A stretch of DNA of 64,000 nt from Eledone cirrhosa (GCA_964016885.1 OZ024741.1:323826001-323890000); one strand, 5' to 3'; positions 15,430 to 31,276 are shown, counted from the stretch's first letter. The notes: generated by a model not told the origin, from the letters alone. A program made the numbers and translations.

Positions 15430-16136
15430 ACACAGACCCCCCACACACACACATAAACACACACATATATTTATATATATATATGTGTGTGTGTTTATAA
15501 TGATTCTCAGAAGAATTAATAAGACAGTGTTTATCACATAAGTAAAGAAATATAATAATAAAACGCCGTTTATAATTTGATTCTACCGCCTTCTTTTTTC
15601 ATAATACTTATCAAGACATAAATATAGTTGTTATAAACTACTTCTGAGATGAGAAAAAATGTTATGATTCCATTAAAATGAATGCAAGAATGAACAGCAA
15701 AACAACATTTCTAATATATTGTATAATCTGTCGCGGCTTCAAAGAAGATTACATTGGTTTGATTAGATCAGTAAGTCTTCGTGTGAACGAGCCAGAGTGT
15801 ACAATCAACAGATACGAAAACCTGAATTAAGGAATATATCACTAAACGAACATTAAACAATTTGAGATATAGTAAATTGAAAATATTCCGTTTTTATAAA
15901 TGTCCAGATGAACAAAGGTACTAACTAGAAATGGAAAAAATCATATAAAGAAATTCACTCCGAAACTAAACCATAGCAGCTCTACATAAACAGATGCAAA
16001 ACTACACAAACTGAAACTCTGGTTTGACTATCCTTTTAAGAACAACTAAATGTTTATCTCGATAAGCCTTATGAAAGACGAAAGCGATGTAATAAATAGT
16101 GTTTCTTATTTTTGACAATTATACTATATGAATATA

Positions 16137-16421
16137 CTAGCTGGCCCCGTGCCGTCAAAAATGACGGCTAATTGTAAATTGTAATATCTATACATGATAT
16201 AAAAAAGAGATGTTTGTTTGTTGGTTGGTTCCTTCGCGCTAACTCACACAAGTGATACAAATATAGAAACACACAGCTGTGACGAATCTTAGAACACTGG
16301 CCTTCTATAGTCTCTCAAACCCACTTCATCAGTCATCACATAGATAACATAGACATCCCTCCCTTCCTCAGTCATCTCTAGCGTGTGACGGACAAATACC
16401 CAAGGTTATTATATGAGTAGA
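16137..16421 (-). mobile_element. Non-autonomous Helitron
   Basis: Minus strand 5' A|TCTACTCATATAATAA; 3' hairpin gccgtca-tttt-tgacggc followed by CTAG|T. Confidence 0.7.
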
Positions 16422-16453
16422 TTATTCCGTACACTAACAAAGACATTTATACT

Positions 16454-16487
<34 letters not shown>

Positions 16488-17004
16488 TACACACACAGAC
16501 ACACACACAAAGATACACACACACAAAATATATAGACACACACACACACATATATATAAATCGAGATGTTTATATTTCGATTTAATTTTGATATACTGCT
16601 CCCATATTTTGGGCGAGCTGCTCTATTTGAATGAGTTGACGAGCTATTTCTAGCACTTTGATAAACATTTTTACTATCAATGTGACGCCAAAAAAGCACA
16701 TGGTGTCATCTGGCGATATTGCTCTGGCGACTAGTCAGTTATTCCATTGTATCCTAATGGATATATTATATTTTGTGGAATTAATTTAAAGACAATTTTT
16801 GTCTTCAAATTCATTAGTTCTGTCTTTTTTGTTTTAACCATGGAAGTTAGTGGAGCTTTCTTTAACATTTGAAATCGCTGTATAGAATTAGTTTAGGTAT
16901 ATGTAATGTCAGTAATATTTTTCTATATTCTGATTGCTTTTGTACCCGTTATATTGTATTACATTATATAATTATTGTTTTCTGTAATGTTTATATATAT
17001 ACAC

Positions 17005-17071
<67 letters not shown>

Positions 17072-17088
17072 TATATGTATACATACAT

Positions 17089-17164
<76 letters not shown>

Positions 17165-17236
17165 AGGCAGCTGATCAATAGTGAAACGCGCGTCACCAAT
17201 CAATAAATGTCATAATGGCTTAACAAATCGTCGTTT

Positions 17237-17309
<73 letters not shown>

Positions 17310-18035
17310 GTAGAACAAAAAACTGTTGATGAACTGAATCCTCTGTTCGATCATGAATACCACGAGCTTGCCAGTTACGTAAGTCTGATATTTGATTTCG
17401 GATTCATAGAAACACTTTAAGCGTATAACGTTTGATTTGTCCAGGTGTATTTTTCTCAATCTGTTAGTTCTTTCGTTACTTTGGTGTATTGTGTGTTAGA
17501 TTTTGCTTACCACAATGTTCAATTTGTCAAGCTATTTAAACGTATGTTATTACTCTGAGGACCTACCTTGTCGAGTGCTTTGCTAACTCATTCTCATAGT
17601 AGGCCGTATTTGCTTGCACACCGCCAGAGATTCGATTTTACTAAGTATCCAATTATATATATATACATGAACTTTCCCGATATAAGGTATGACTCTCTTT
17701 GTATATTTTTTATATGAATAATGATTGTTTGTTCCTGTATCGTATATCTGTTATTTTGCCTGAGAAAATATCTCTATGTGTCCTTTAACAGTGCACACAT
17801 TTTTTCATATCCAATTGAGTTCTTCGCACGAGGCTTGAATTCTTCCCAGAGTTCAATGACCTGCGTGTGTATTATTTTCACGATAGCCTCCTCCTTCCAT
17901 TTTGGGGACAGTGTGAGATTTTCTTTAGAGTTGCTGGACATACAACCTAGCAGCTCCTTCTAGCACTGATGGCGATTATCGCTAGGTATTGATGTTGATT
18001 TAGTTATCAATATTAATATTATTAGGCACCCACCC

Positions 18036-18105
<70 letters not shown>

Positions 18106-18173
18106 TATATATATATAACGGCGATGAATTAATTTTGCGAGGCTTTTTATATGAAATCGTGTGTCGAAACAAA

Positions 18174-18999
18174 TATTGTTATACTTGGGGAGGATCATAT
18201 TTGTGTAATATTGCCAGAATTAACAACAGAACACACTCATTGTTTGGTTGATTTTCGCTTCTGTGTCTTTTATATCGGTTAATTTAATTTATTCGGTCCT
18301 CAATGTTACCATTGACTGATCAACGGTCAAAAATACAGATACAATATAGACACAAACACATATATATAGTCTATCAAAGTTCTTTCGTTGCACATCTGCA
18401 ACATCGTCAGTGGTGCTATTATGTTTCCTCCCGTGGCATTGTATGTTTACGCCATCTTTATTTAGTCTGTTTATTTATTTATTTATTTGTTTATTTGTTT
18501 GTCTTCTCTGCGCATGCGTTTGCGTATAGTGTTTTGTTTGATGTGTGTTCTTGTTTGGGTGACTGTGTATTGGTTAATGTATTCTATCTTAGTTTACTAG
18601 TGTGTGTTGTTATTGTGCTTGTGTATGTATTTATCTATTTATTTATTTATCTATCTATCTATTTATACTTCTCCTAGGTCAGTGTTTGTTTGGGTGTTGT
18701 TATTCCATTCATTTTTTCTGTTTAGCCTTCGCCTTCTAAGTTCTATTTCGCTGGCCTCTCTGATTTGCCTATCTGCTGGGTCATTTCTATGTTTAGATAT
18801 TATTCCAACTTCTATGTTGTCTATGTTACCGTTGTGTTGTTGTCTGGCATGTTCGTATAGTCAGTCAATGGCAACATTGGGGACCGAATAAATTAAATTA
18901 ACCGATATAAAAGACACAGAAGCGAAAACCAACCAAACAGTGAGTGTGTTCAGTTATTAATTCTGGCAATATTACGCAAATATGACCCTCCCCAAGTAT

Positions 19000-19004
<5 letters not shown>
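18174..19004 (-). mobile_element. 5'-truncated copy of the 21065-25028 PLE with inverted terminal segment
   Basis: 18174-18860 is the reverse complement of ~24338-25028. 18861-19004 is a forward copy of the last ~150 bp, giving inverted termini. Confidence 0.85.
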
Positions 19005-20297
<1,293 letters not shown>

Positions 20298-20322
20298 TAT
20301 ATATATATATATATATATATAT

Positions 20323-20626
20323 AACACCAACCAACTGACTGTATTTCATTCTATTTTTAACTTATTTACATTTTCTTAAACGAAAATCCCATTGATGAAT
20401 TATATCGCGTTTATAGGCTTTCTGTTGAAGTGTAATAAATAATTAAGTATTGCATATGATTGAACAATATATGTTGTAGTCAGCATATGTAGACAATTAT
20501 AATAGACACAGAATCTTATGTTAAAGCAAATAAAATCTTAATCTTCTTCACGCTGATATTTTTAATTTTTCTTGGTGGTGCAATACTTCCTTAAACATAC
20601 ATACATACATATATATATATATAAAT

Positions 20627-20657
<31 letters not shown>

Positions 20658-20725
20658 GGTGTGCATATATATATATATATATGTACATATTTAAATGTGT
20701 ATATATATATATATATATACTTGCT

Positions 20726-20769
<44 letters not shown>

Positions 20770-21031
20770 AGCAAGTATTGCACCACCAAGAAAAATAAAA
20801 AGTCATCGTGAAGAAGATTAAGATTTTATTTGCTTTAACATATGATTCTGTGTCTATTATAATTGTCTGCATTTGCTGACTACAACATATATTGTTCAAT
20901 CATATGCAATACTTAATTATTTATTACAATTCAACAGAAAGCCTATAAACGCGGTATAATTCATCAATGGGATTTTCGTTTAAGAAAATGTAAATAACTT
21001 TAAAATAGAATGAAATACAGTCAGTTAGTGT
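20323..21031. repeat. Long inverted repeat (~265-bp arms) around a TA-rich spacer
   Basis: 20331-20596 is the reverse complement of 20765-21026 with scattered mismatches; (TA)n on both outer sides. Confidence 0.85.
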
Positions 21032-21064
21032 GATATATATATATATATATTATATATATATATA

Positions 21065-24000
21065 CAAATCCGCTTCTTAAAACACTGTGTTTCCTCCAAA
21101 ACATACACAACAAACATATCAAAACAAGTAAATAATTTATTATTGAACAAAACACAAGCCGAACGACTAAAACACACAATAACAGTTAATATGAAAAGAA
21201 CAACATACACAAAAGTCAATGCACTTTACAGACAGAAACGCATTAACGGTAAGGAAATCCGAAATCTCATCACAGCAAACGAGAGAGATAACTTCATGAG
21301 CGTCATCCGACGTGAAACGAAATACGCTCGAAACGAATGCAATAGGCATTTCAATAAGAAATTAGAATGGATGAATAAGAAAAAACTACAAGAAAGGAAA
21401 ATCGAATATTCTCAAAAATACCCAGATAACATCGACAATATCCGTATGACTGATGTAAAACTACCGGAAGAATTTACCAATGACCACACAGTAAATATCT
21501 ATGGGAACACTTTAATCAGTGAACAAGAACAGCAAATCCTGCGGCTACCACCAAAATTTGCCATCTACAAAAAGATTAACCCTATGGAGTGCAAAACGGA
21601 GCTGGAAAAGTGTTTCACAAAAATACGTTGGAATGCAAAGGTAAACAACAACAACAATAATAACGGTAGTAGTAATATAAACAATAACTCTGAGTATAGA
21701 AATAACAGCCATAACTATAACAATAGCAGGAAAGTGAGAAATAGTGATAATGGTAATAATACTAGCGATAGACAGAACAACAACAACCACAATAATAATA
21801 ATAATAGAAACATTAACCACAGACACAGCAACAGTGACCACAGTAGTAATAACGGTAACAATACGAACAACAACAACAATAACCACAGTGGTAATAGTGG
21901 AAATAGTACATGTAGCAACATCAATGATAGACACAACAAAAACAAGAAACATAATAAAAGTAACAACCACAATGGTAGAAATAACAGTAACAACAACAAC
22001 AATAACGGTGAAGTAAACAACAATACATCTAGCAATCATAACAATAATAATAATGCTAATGATAGAAACAACAACAACCACCATGATAACAATAATAGCA
22101 ACACACACAACTATGACGATAGATATAATGACAACCCCTTAGAGAAACTATTTTTCAACCCAGCTGACAAAACATATAAGATGGGTAATATCTATCCTAC
22201 GAGGTTACCCTTTAATAAGAGAGTTTGCATACCACAACAAATAGATGACGAGACAGAGGCACAGTTCACCATAGCTAGAAATAAGATTAGACAAATAGTA
22301 GACAGGTATACTAAGAGACAGAGCAGACCAGAGGCCCAACAACTTGGAAGGAAACCTGTAGAAGGCTTGGTTAGCCTCAAACAGCGCACAAGGGATGGTG
22401 AGGTAGTATGTCTACCCACGGACAAGTCCGGTAGGATGTCAATAGATAGCATGCCGAACTACATCGAGGCTATGCAACCCCACATCACCAACACGAGCGA
22501 AATTGCACAACAAACACACGATGGGAGAGAGAAAATCCTCAACGCTCACATGATGATGTGGACTGACATCCTAAAACCAAGCAGACGCACTGCCAACAAC
22601 TTCCAGGCGTCTAACAATGGCATACCACCCTTGTATGGGCTCCGCAAAGACCACAAGACAGCCGACGACCCGACAACAGGACCACCAACAAGACCCGTAT
22701 GCGGAGCTAATATAGCTAGCAACTACAGGATCTCCTACTTCCTCTCAATGGTTATACGCCTCATAATCAAGATGTCCCCAGATGTATGTGACAGTACAGA
22801 GGACCTCCTCAGCAGAATCAGTGAGTGCAACAAAAACAGGAGCCTATCCAACTGCATAATAGGCAGCATGGATGTGGCGTCACTGTACCCATCCATTAAC
22901 ATTGATTTTGCTGTGAAAAGATGTGTGGAGATGATCATTGAGAGTGAGGTGGAGTTCTGCGACGTCGACACAGACGAACTGGGCCTCCTACTTAGACTTA
23001 CCTACGACACTGACTACCTAGACAGCCATGACCTTAGATGTTTCTGCCCTAGTAGACCTATAAGAGGTAGACCCCCACCATAACCTCAATGGCAAAAAAG
23101 TCTCCCATGGGAAGGTGGATTGGGTGGACCAAAGCTATACGGACCCCCCAAAACAATGATCAGGTAAGAAAAATGGTCGCACATGCAATAGGGGCTAGTA
23201 TCAAAACTACCCTAAAGGGCCACATATTTAAGTTCAACGAGAAGATCTACACCCAAAATGAGGGAGCAGCCATCGGCGTCAGCATAGCTGGTGATGTTGC
23301 CAACCTTTTCATGGTATGGTGGGAAAGGAGACTTAAAGATCTCCTTAATGAGAGCTCCATAGACCTCATCATGTACTCTCGTTATGTAGACGATATCAAT
23401 ATAGTTATAAGAACACCCCAACTAGAGAGCACTAACAAGTTTGATTTAGAACGTAGCACGATGGAAAGCATCCAGCAGATAGCTAATTCCATACACCAGA
23501 GTATAACTGTAACTATCGACTTCCCTTCCAAACACCCTAACAATAGACTACCTGTATTAGACACAGAACTCTGGATTAACACTATAGACGAGAGAGCCCA
23601 AATTCTCCACTCACAATATGCTAAACCCATGGCCTCCAAATACCTGGTAATCAAAAACTCAGTAATGTCCAGTAGTGCTAAGTTTAATATTCTGATCGCA
23701 GATTTGGTACGAGTGATGAAGAATGTGTCCCGCATGTGCGACCCAACAGAAATGGAAGGACACATCCAACACTTCATCAACCGCATGCAGTTCTCTGGCT
23801 ACAACCAAAGAGACAGAGTCAGAGTATACGAAGGAGCCATGGAAAAGAATAAGACCCTCATAGAACTGGACATGAAAGGAATTTGCCCATTATACAGGAG
23901 CAAATCATGGAATAGCTTAGATAGGGCTAGACATAAGATAGGGAAAGCCACCTCATGGTACGACAACCAGAGATACCAGAGTGTCATGTTTGTGGACGCC

Positions 24001-24540
24001 ACCCCTGGAGGGAAATTAGCTAACCAGTGTAGAAAGGCCCTGAGAAAGACCCACTTAAAAATAAAGGTGGTAGAAAAGCCAGGAACCACCATAAAATCCC
24101 TGATCAGCAAAACCTACCCTTTTAAGAAAACCCACTGTACCAATAGGAAATGTATCATATGTAAGGTGAACCCCCGGATAAACTGTAAAACTAGAAACGT
24201 AGTCTATAGCATAAGATGTACAGAGGGTACTTGCAGAAACATGACAACAACATACATAGGTGAGACAGCTCGTAGCATAGGTGAAAGGATAGACCAACAC
24301 TGGGGGGAACTAAAAGGACGAAAAAACGGATCAGTACTATACGAACATGCTAGACAACAACATGACGGTAACATAGACAACATAGAAATTAGAATAATAT
24401 CTAAACATAGAAATGACCCAGCAGATAGGCAAATCAGAGAGGCCAGTGAAATAGAACTTAGAAGGCCAAGGCTAAACAGGAAGAATGAATGGAATAACAA
24501 CAACACCCAAACAAACAACACTGACCTAAGAGAAGTATAA
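21065..24540 (+). pseudogene. PLE polyprotein (RT plus C-terminal GIY-YIG endonuclease) split by one frameshift at ~23075
   Basis: Motifs PTDKSGR, PPLYGLRKDHK, GPPTRPVC, SMDVASLYPSI, QNEGAAIG, RYVDDI, LPVLDTELW, CxxxxCxxC, NVVYSIRC, YIGETARSIGER. One added C in the C-run at ~23071-23075 joins ORFs 21143-23083 and 23089-24540 (RGRPPTITSMAK). The frame is open back to the (TA)n at 21065. Confidence 0.9.
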
Positions 24541-24774
24541 ATAAGTAAATAAAATAAAATAAATAAATAAATAAATACATACACAAACACAATAACAACA
24601 AGCACATAAACACACACTAGTCACCCATCACACAGCAAACAAAACACTATACACACACGCAAACGCATGCGCAAAGAAGACAAAATAAAACAAACAAACA
24701 AGCAAATAAATAAATAAATATATAGACAGACTGAATAAAAATGGCGTAGACATACAATACAACAGGAGGAAAAT

Positions 24775-24830
24775 ATAACACCACTGACGATGTTGCAGAT
24801 GTGCAACGAAAGATTTATGATAAACTATAT
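24775..24830 (+). ncRNA. HHR-like motif in the PLE 3' terminal region (second copy ~18367-18420, minus)
   Basis: CTGACGA t gttgca-gatg-tgcaac GAAA gatt TA tgat. Perfect 6-bp helix II; helices I and III are weak in this copy. Confidence 0.55.
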
Positions 24831-25022
24831 ATATGTGTTTGTGTCTATATTGTATCTGTATTATTTTTGACCGTCGGTCAGTCAATGGTAACATTGAGGA
24901 CCGAGTAAGTTAGATTACCGATATAAAAGACACAGAAGCGAGAAGCGAAAACCAACCAAACAGTGAGCGTGTTCTGTTATTAATTCTGGCAATATTACAC
25001 AAATATGACCCTCCCCAAGTAT

Positions 25023-25090
<68 letters not shown>

Positions 25091-25788
25091 AGTGTTAGTT
25101 TTTCTCCTGCAATTTTGTATGCAGGGTTGAGCACTCGACACAAGTGGGTCACCTAACTTACCGGTACGATACAGGTTTTAAAAAAAAATATTCAACACCA
25201 CGGTATCTACGACCAACTAAAGTTATCTTAAAGCGTTGCCAAAGCATGAACGTAGTTTCATGACAGAAACAAGTTAAAAAAACAACAAAAGAATAAAGAC
25301 TAGTTACGAAAACAACAACAACAACAACGAAAACAAAACAAAAATGGTAATTTAAAGAAAGTGTTAAAGACAGCTTCAACGCAAGTCAAGGAAGGTGATG
25401 GCTGACATTTTTATAGACAGATAATTGTAAAAAGCGAAATAATATGAAGTGCTCTTAGCTTCAGCAACATTAAAGCTGGTTTCGATAAAAAGTATGGAAC
25501 CAAACTATCTGAAACTAGTAGTTTCATTATACGTGTGACACAACTGAATCGTCAGTCGGTTGTTTTTAACTGAGTGAGGATTGCAATATATATGTCTTGT
25601 TATAAAAGTAATAATTACTGTCGGCGTGGTTATGGTTGATCAAACTAAATTTAATTATATTCGTCTTCCGATAGTTACCATTCACGAATATATGAATATA
25701 ATTTATATATCCCTGCGTTCTTCAGATTTGTACTGGTTTCTGGTATCAGCCATTGGGTCTATGAAATACTGGAGCACCATCACACCAC

Positions 25789-25827
<39 letters not shown>

Positions 25828-25872
25828 TTCGTTACAGGAACACACAGATACAGACAGACATACACACACACC

Positions 25873-25922
<50 letters not shown>

Positions 25923-26167
25923 ATTTTAATTTATATGCATATATATATATATATATATAAATGTTTCATTCATATATATTTTTATTTGTCTGACCCGAAT
26001 TTTCTTGGTCGGTTTTCGGCTGTGCGAATGATTGTTTAAGCATCGTCTCAGTGTGTTGGTATTTAAACGTTAGTTATAGCTATGGTTTATTCAAACTATT
26101 GAGCACTTTGCCACACATTTCGAAGATTGTGTTTCGTTATTTCGTGGGCCGAGGTTCCGATTCTCGA

Positions 26168-26263
<96 letters not shown>

Positions 26264-27079
26264 AATTTTAGTACAGCATTAACGAAGCTTTAGGCTGCGG
26301 CTAAGCTAACGAATGCAAATTCGGAATGTAGCTTTAGCACTCGATGGAGAATAATACCCCAGAGTAATAACAATACGTTTAGACAGCTTTGCAAATCAAA
26401 TATAGCGATCGGCAGTCCAGCCGCATTGCCATAGCAACGAAAAAGACTGGACTCAGGAAAAGATTTTTGACTGACCTGGACCATCACGCGGAGACCGAAT
26501 GCAATATATAATGCATATCGTATAGCAAACGATATACATCACATATAACATACAACATCCACGCTAGGTTTCTGTAAATCCGAGATCGACTAATTCCGCT
26601 TGCAGGGTCTGCAAGTTAATGGCCTTTGACGACAGAACAAAGGATTTACTTCGTCAACAAGTCTTGCGTTCTTTAGCCTTAGCGGGTGTGTTCTAGCAGT
26701 AAATTTCGCTATAGACACGTGGTTTTCTCCAAGGGAGGTAACCATTTTGGCGGTGAATTCGAAATTTGAGACAAAGGAATGAAATTCCCTTAGACAAACC
26801 GAATTAAGCACTCAACCAGAAGTTATCAAACAAACATAAACAATTAATCAATAAAAAGATAGAAAGATAGATAAGAAATAGAAAGATAGATAAGAACTGT
26901 CTAATTAAATTAATCAGTTAATCGTTAATTCTAGGAGTTAAAATACAATATATATATATATATGCATATAAATTAAAATACACACACCCCATATATATAT
27001 ATATTAAAGCGATGAAATGCCTATGATGGTTAGAAGATCACTGATGAAGGACAAACTTTTTTCATATACATATACATAC

Positions 27080-27173
<94 letters not shown>

Positions 27174-27215
27174 TATGGCGTGTGTATGTGTGTCTGTCTG
27201 TATCTGTGTGTTCGT

Positions 27216-27267
<52 letters not shown>

Positions 27268-27717
27268 GTGTGTGTATATATATATATATATGTAGGTATA
27301 CATATGTACAATATGCGTGTGTATTTAAGTGAAAATAAAAATATTTAGATATGAAAATTGAAGATTATATCCGATTAATTGAAGATTATATCCGATTAAT
27401 GCACGTAAAGTTTCATATTCGCGTTAATATATTGCAATATATACTTAAACGTAAATGTTTCAGATATATAATGTAGTAAACCATAACTATTTCAATAGAA
27501 TTCAAATCTGTCTGAAGTAGGCTATTAATAAACGACACACAGACACATAAATATATATATATATGTATTTAATTCATATGCCATGCCTATTTCAAATAGT
27601 ATGTATACATATATAAATATATCTATATATTTATATATATATAGGTTTTTTTAACATATAAACACACATGTGTGTATATCTATATGTTAAAAAAGACGTA
27701 AAGTATAAACCATCATG

Positions 27718-28080
27718 ATGGATTGGCAGTATCGGTAGAGCGCCGGACAATATGCTTTGCAGCATAGAGTTTACGACACTTTACGTTCTGTGTTCAAATC
27801 TCACCGAGGTTAGCTTTGCCTTTCATCCTTACTGGCGTCGATGAAATAAAGCACCAGTAATGCACTGGGGTCGATTTAATCGACTTTCACCTCCTTTAAG
27901 TTTGTTAGCCTTGTGCTTAAATCAGAAACCATTATCATTCTGTTTCAACAAGCTGGTTTTATGTCAATTATTATGCCGAGATTAGCTTTGCCTTTCATCC
28001 TGACGCGGTCGAGAAAATAAAGTACCAGTAATGCACTGAGGTAATTGCTGGTCTTTTGCCAAAAGTAGAAACGATTATTT
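27718..28080 (+). mobile_element. Family A SINE plus partial second copy
   Basis: Consensus match at 27718-27935 and a 3' half at 27975-28080. Confidence 0.75.
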
Positions 28081-29193
28081 TGCCGAGAGAATGGGTAATA
28101 ATAAATGATGAGGGTGTCCATGAGGTTTTGTCTCTTTGCTTAGGGCTTAACAACCTTTCCCAAGATATGAGCTAAAACGTTGAAGAGGTTTTGTATGGAT
28201 TTTAAGTCAAATTATCCTTTCTTTCTTTTTCCTCCTTCCCCCCCCTCTCCCTCATCATCTTCTTCTTCTAAAGATTATATATCCATGTTTATTCAATAGA
28301 TCCTCCTGTCGGATATTCAGGTGGAAGTAGTTGCTTGGTAACATTGTATAATGTAGATAGGTAGATAGATAGATAGAAAGATAGATAAGTACTGCAGGCA
28401 TACATAGATATATACATACACACATACGTACAAACATATATACAAACAAAAATTCAAAAAATTCTGCATCTAATAACTGCATGTTCACATGTACAGATAC
28501 AAAGCATATACACATGCACACATATAACCTAAAACATTCACATCCACACATTTAATAACATTCATACCTGCACACAAACGCATGCATGCAGACATGCAGA
28601 CACATCGACCTAGTTGATGTAGTTTAAATTCCATGTTAGAAACCGACTCTCTCTCTATTGGTAAACATTTATAAACATACATACATGATGGCGGCAACTC
28701 TATTTCGAGTAATGCCATCGCTTGATACTTAAGCATGAGCATCACGGACGTAGCTTTTTAGTCCTACTAGGGACTTGCCTATGGCCAGCAATACCATGCA
28801 TCACATAAAATGTCACATATCAAGCGCGATATATGTGCTTGAAGTTTTTTATGTGAGGAAAGGCTTTTCACGGGGCCGATCACACTCGCTGAGCATCGAA
28901 TGCATTTACCCCAAAAGCAGAACAGGTCTACATCATAGGATGCAAATGAAGTCGCACGTTTTACATCTGAGTGACCTCCTCCTAGACAAATATCTTAATG
29001 AAGACTAGAAGTCTCTCACTCCACACACAAAATATACTTTACCCATCCATCCATACATGGTGGCTGCCAACTCGTTTTCGAGTACGGCCACTAGTTTATA
29101 TCCATGTAGAAGAAACCCTACCGATGCGCTGAACGAGTGTGACTTTTTAGTCCAGCCAGCGACTTGAAAACTCTGGTACAAACACTACACTTA

Positions 29194-29660
29194 TGACAAT
29201 TATTGACACATAGTGCTGGGCCCATGGTACCATGTGACGACAAGTGCAGCGAGATCTCCAGATATAAAGCAATGCCTGCGCCGTGAAGCTTTTATAGTGA
29301 GTAAAGGCACTGCACAAAGCCAGTCCCACTCTCTTAACCAAAATGATATTTACCAAAAAGAAGAACAAGTCAACATCATTGGATATCATCAGGGTTGCAG
29401 GTGTTATATCAGAGTTTTCCTTCTCCTAGAATTCTGCCTTGACAAAGGCTAAGGGGTCATCTCTCTCGGTGATTTTGGATGGCCATTGACTCTTAAGAGC
29501 TCCTTTGCCCTTTGACAGGTTTTGCTTTTAGTCCTGCAGGATGTCCAGTTACCCTCCTCACCAAGAAACCTTGGTGGGGTTGCCAGTTTAGTCGCCAACG
29601 ACCCAACCATGTGACAGGTTGTACTGGGATACATGTTACCAGTAGCACCAACTGGTGACC
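29194..29660. repeat. Dispersed ~470-bp repeat, second copy at 40504-40975
   Basis: 29194-29495 matches 40504-40805 directly; 29510-29660 matches 40822-40975 inverted. Confidence 0.85.
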
Positions 29661-29850
29661 ATCCATACATAGATGGATACATTCATACACTCATACATAC
29701 ACACATATACATGCATAAATAAACACATATATACAACTACATGCATACAGGTACATACATATACGTGGTGTGTATGCGTGTATGAATGTATCCATCTATG
29801 TATGTATATACGTATGTATGTATGTATGGATGGGTAAAGTATTTATATAT

Positions 29851-29922
<72 letters not shown>

Positions 29923-30183
29923 CTACATATATTCACATATACATACATAAATAGATACGTATATACATAGAAACATATATAAATACATACTTATACCCAT
30001 ATATGATCATTATACTTACACAGACATGTATATGTATGTATGTATGTGTGTATGTGTGTATGCATGTACGTATGTATGCATGTATGTATGTATCTTCTTC
30101 TGGTTTTATTATCGCACACAATTTCTATGTATGTATATACATAGAACCATACATACTTATACGCATATATAATTATTGTACAA

Positions 30184-30377
30184 GGGCGGTGGAATGGCAG
30201 TATCGGTAGAGGGGCGGATGCCATGCTTTGTAGCATGGAGTTACGGACCTTTACGGTCTGAGTTTAAATCCCGTCGAGTTTAACTTTGTCTTTCATCCTT
30301 ACGGGGTCGATAAAATAAAGTACCAGTAATGCACTGGGTAATTGCTGGCCTTGTGCCTAAAGTAGAAACAATTATTT
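30184..30377 (+). mobile_element. tRNA-derived SINE (family A)
   Basis: Consensus match. Confidence 0.85.
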
Positions 30378-30990
30378 TACAAATTTTCACGAATAGAGAG
30401 AAAGAGCCGGTTTCTAACATACAAACAAGACCTTTTCATTGGAATTGAGATATCACCTAGGTAAATAGGAATATAAATCTGAATGCGCTGGTGAGTGTGT
30501 GGTGGGGGTATGGATGTTATTGTATATGTGGATCTGAATGTTTTGTGTAATATGTGTACAAGTGTATATATTTCTGTGTCTATACATCTGTATATGCAAT
30601 TTATCAAATGTAGAATTTCTGAAATGTTGTACATATTTTTACATTTCCATTAATGGACTCTACTTGCGACTTCCTAACCAGCCATGCTCTTTTTTGCTCT
30701 GTGAAGCCTAGCTTCTCAAGATTTGTACTAAGGCAGTTAGTAACATATCCCAGAGCCCTAATGATCACAGGTAAACATAAAATGGTATAGTCAGGGTAGA
30801 GTATCTGCAGATTCCTCATTAGTTAAGCATAAATGTTTTCCTTTTCACTGATCTAAAGTATTATACTGACATCTACTGGCAGTAGATTGTGTTTGCCTTC
30901 TTCTGTCCTATATCAATCTGTCTGGTCTGTTATGTTTTCATTTTGTTGGGGTTTTGACTGGAACATTCCACCAATACTCTTTCATGTAAT
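30378..30990 (-). mobile_element. 3' fragment of an RLE-encoding non-LTR retrotransposon (Dong/R4-like)
   Basis: Minus strand EYWWNVPVKTPTK*KHNRPD...LMRNLQILYPDY..PVIIRALGYV resembles the RPD/K/PxxxGALG restriction-like endonuclease domain. Confidence 0.6.
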
Positions 30991-31276
30991 TTATATATAT
31001 GTCCTCCACATTTCTAACTCAATAAACAATACATTTATTGCCATTTAAAAAGTGAGCATACTTTTTTGGTGTGTATATTTTTGGGGATACCCGGTATAAT
31101 ACAGAAAATGGGAAATATATAGGCGAGTGACGTGTCTATATACACGTGAGTAGGTGTGTGTGTGTGCGCGCGCGCTTCTTATGTATGTTTTCGGGAACTT
31201 ATGCAAATATATGCTCGATAATTTTGCAACTATCTAACATTTCGTATAGCTAACTATATATATATATATATATACA

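Larger units (their letters stand above)
21065..25028 (+). mobile_element. Near full-length Penelope-like retroelement in (TA)n
   Basis: RT plus GIY-YIG ORF followed by a ~490-bp 3' terminal region containing an HHR-like motif; both ends abut (TA)n. Confidence 0.92.

Noticed and set aside
23075-23090. Selenocysteine read-through or programmed frameshift in the PLE ORF
   Set aside because: The stop is TAA, not TGA, and a single-base loss in a C run explains the break.
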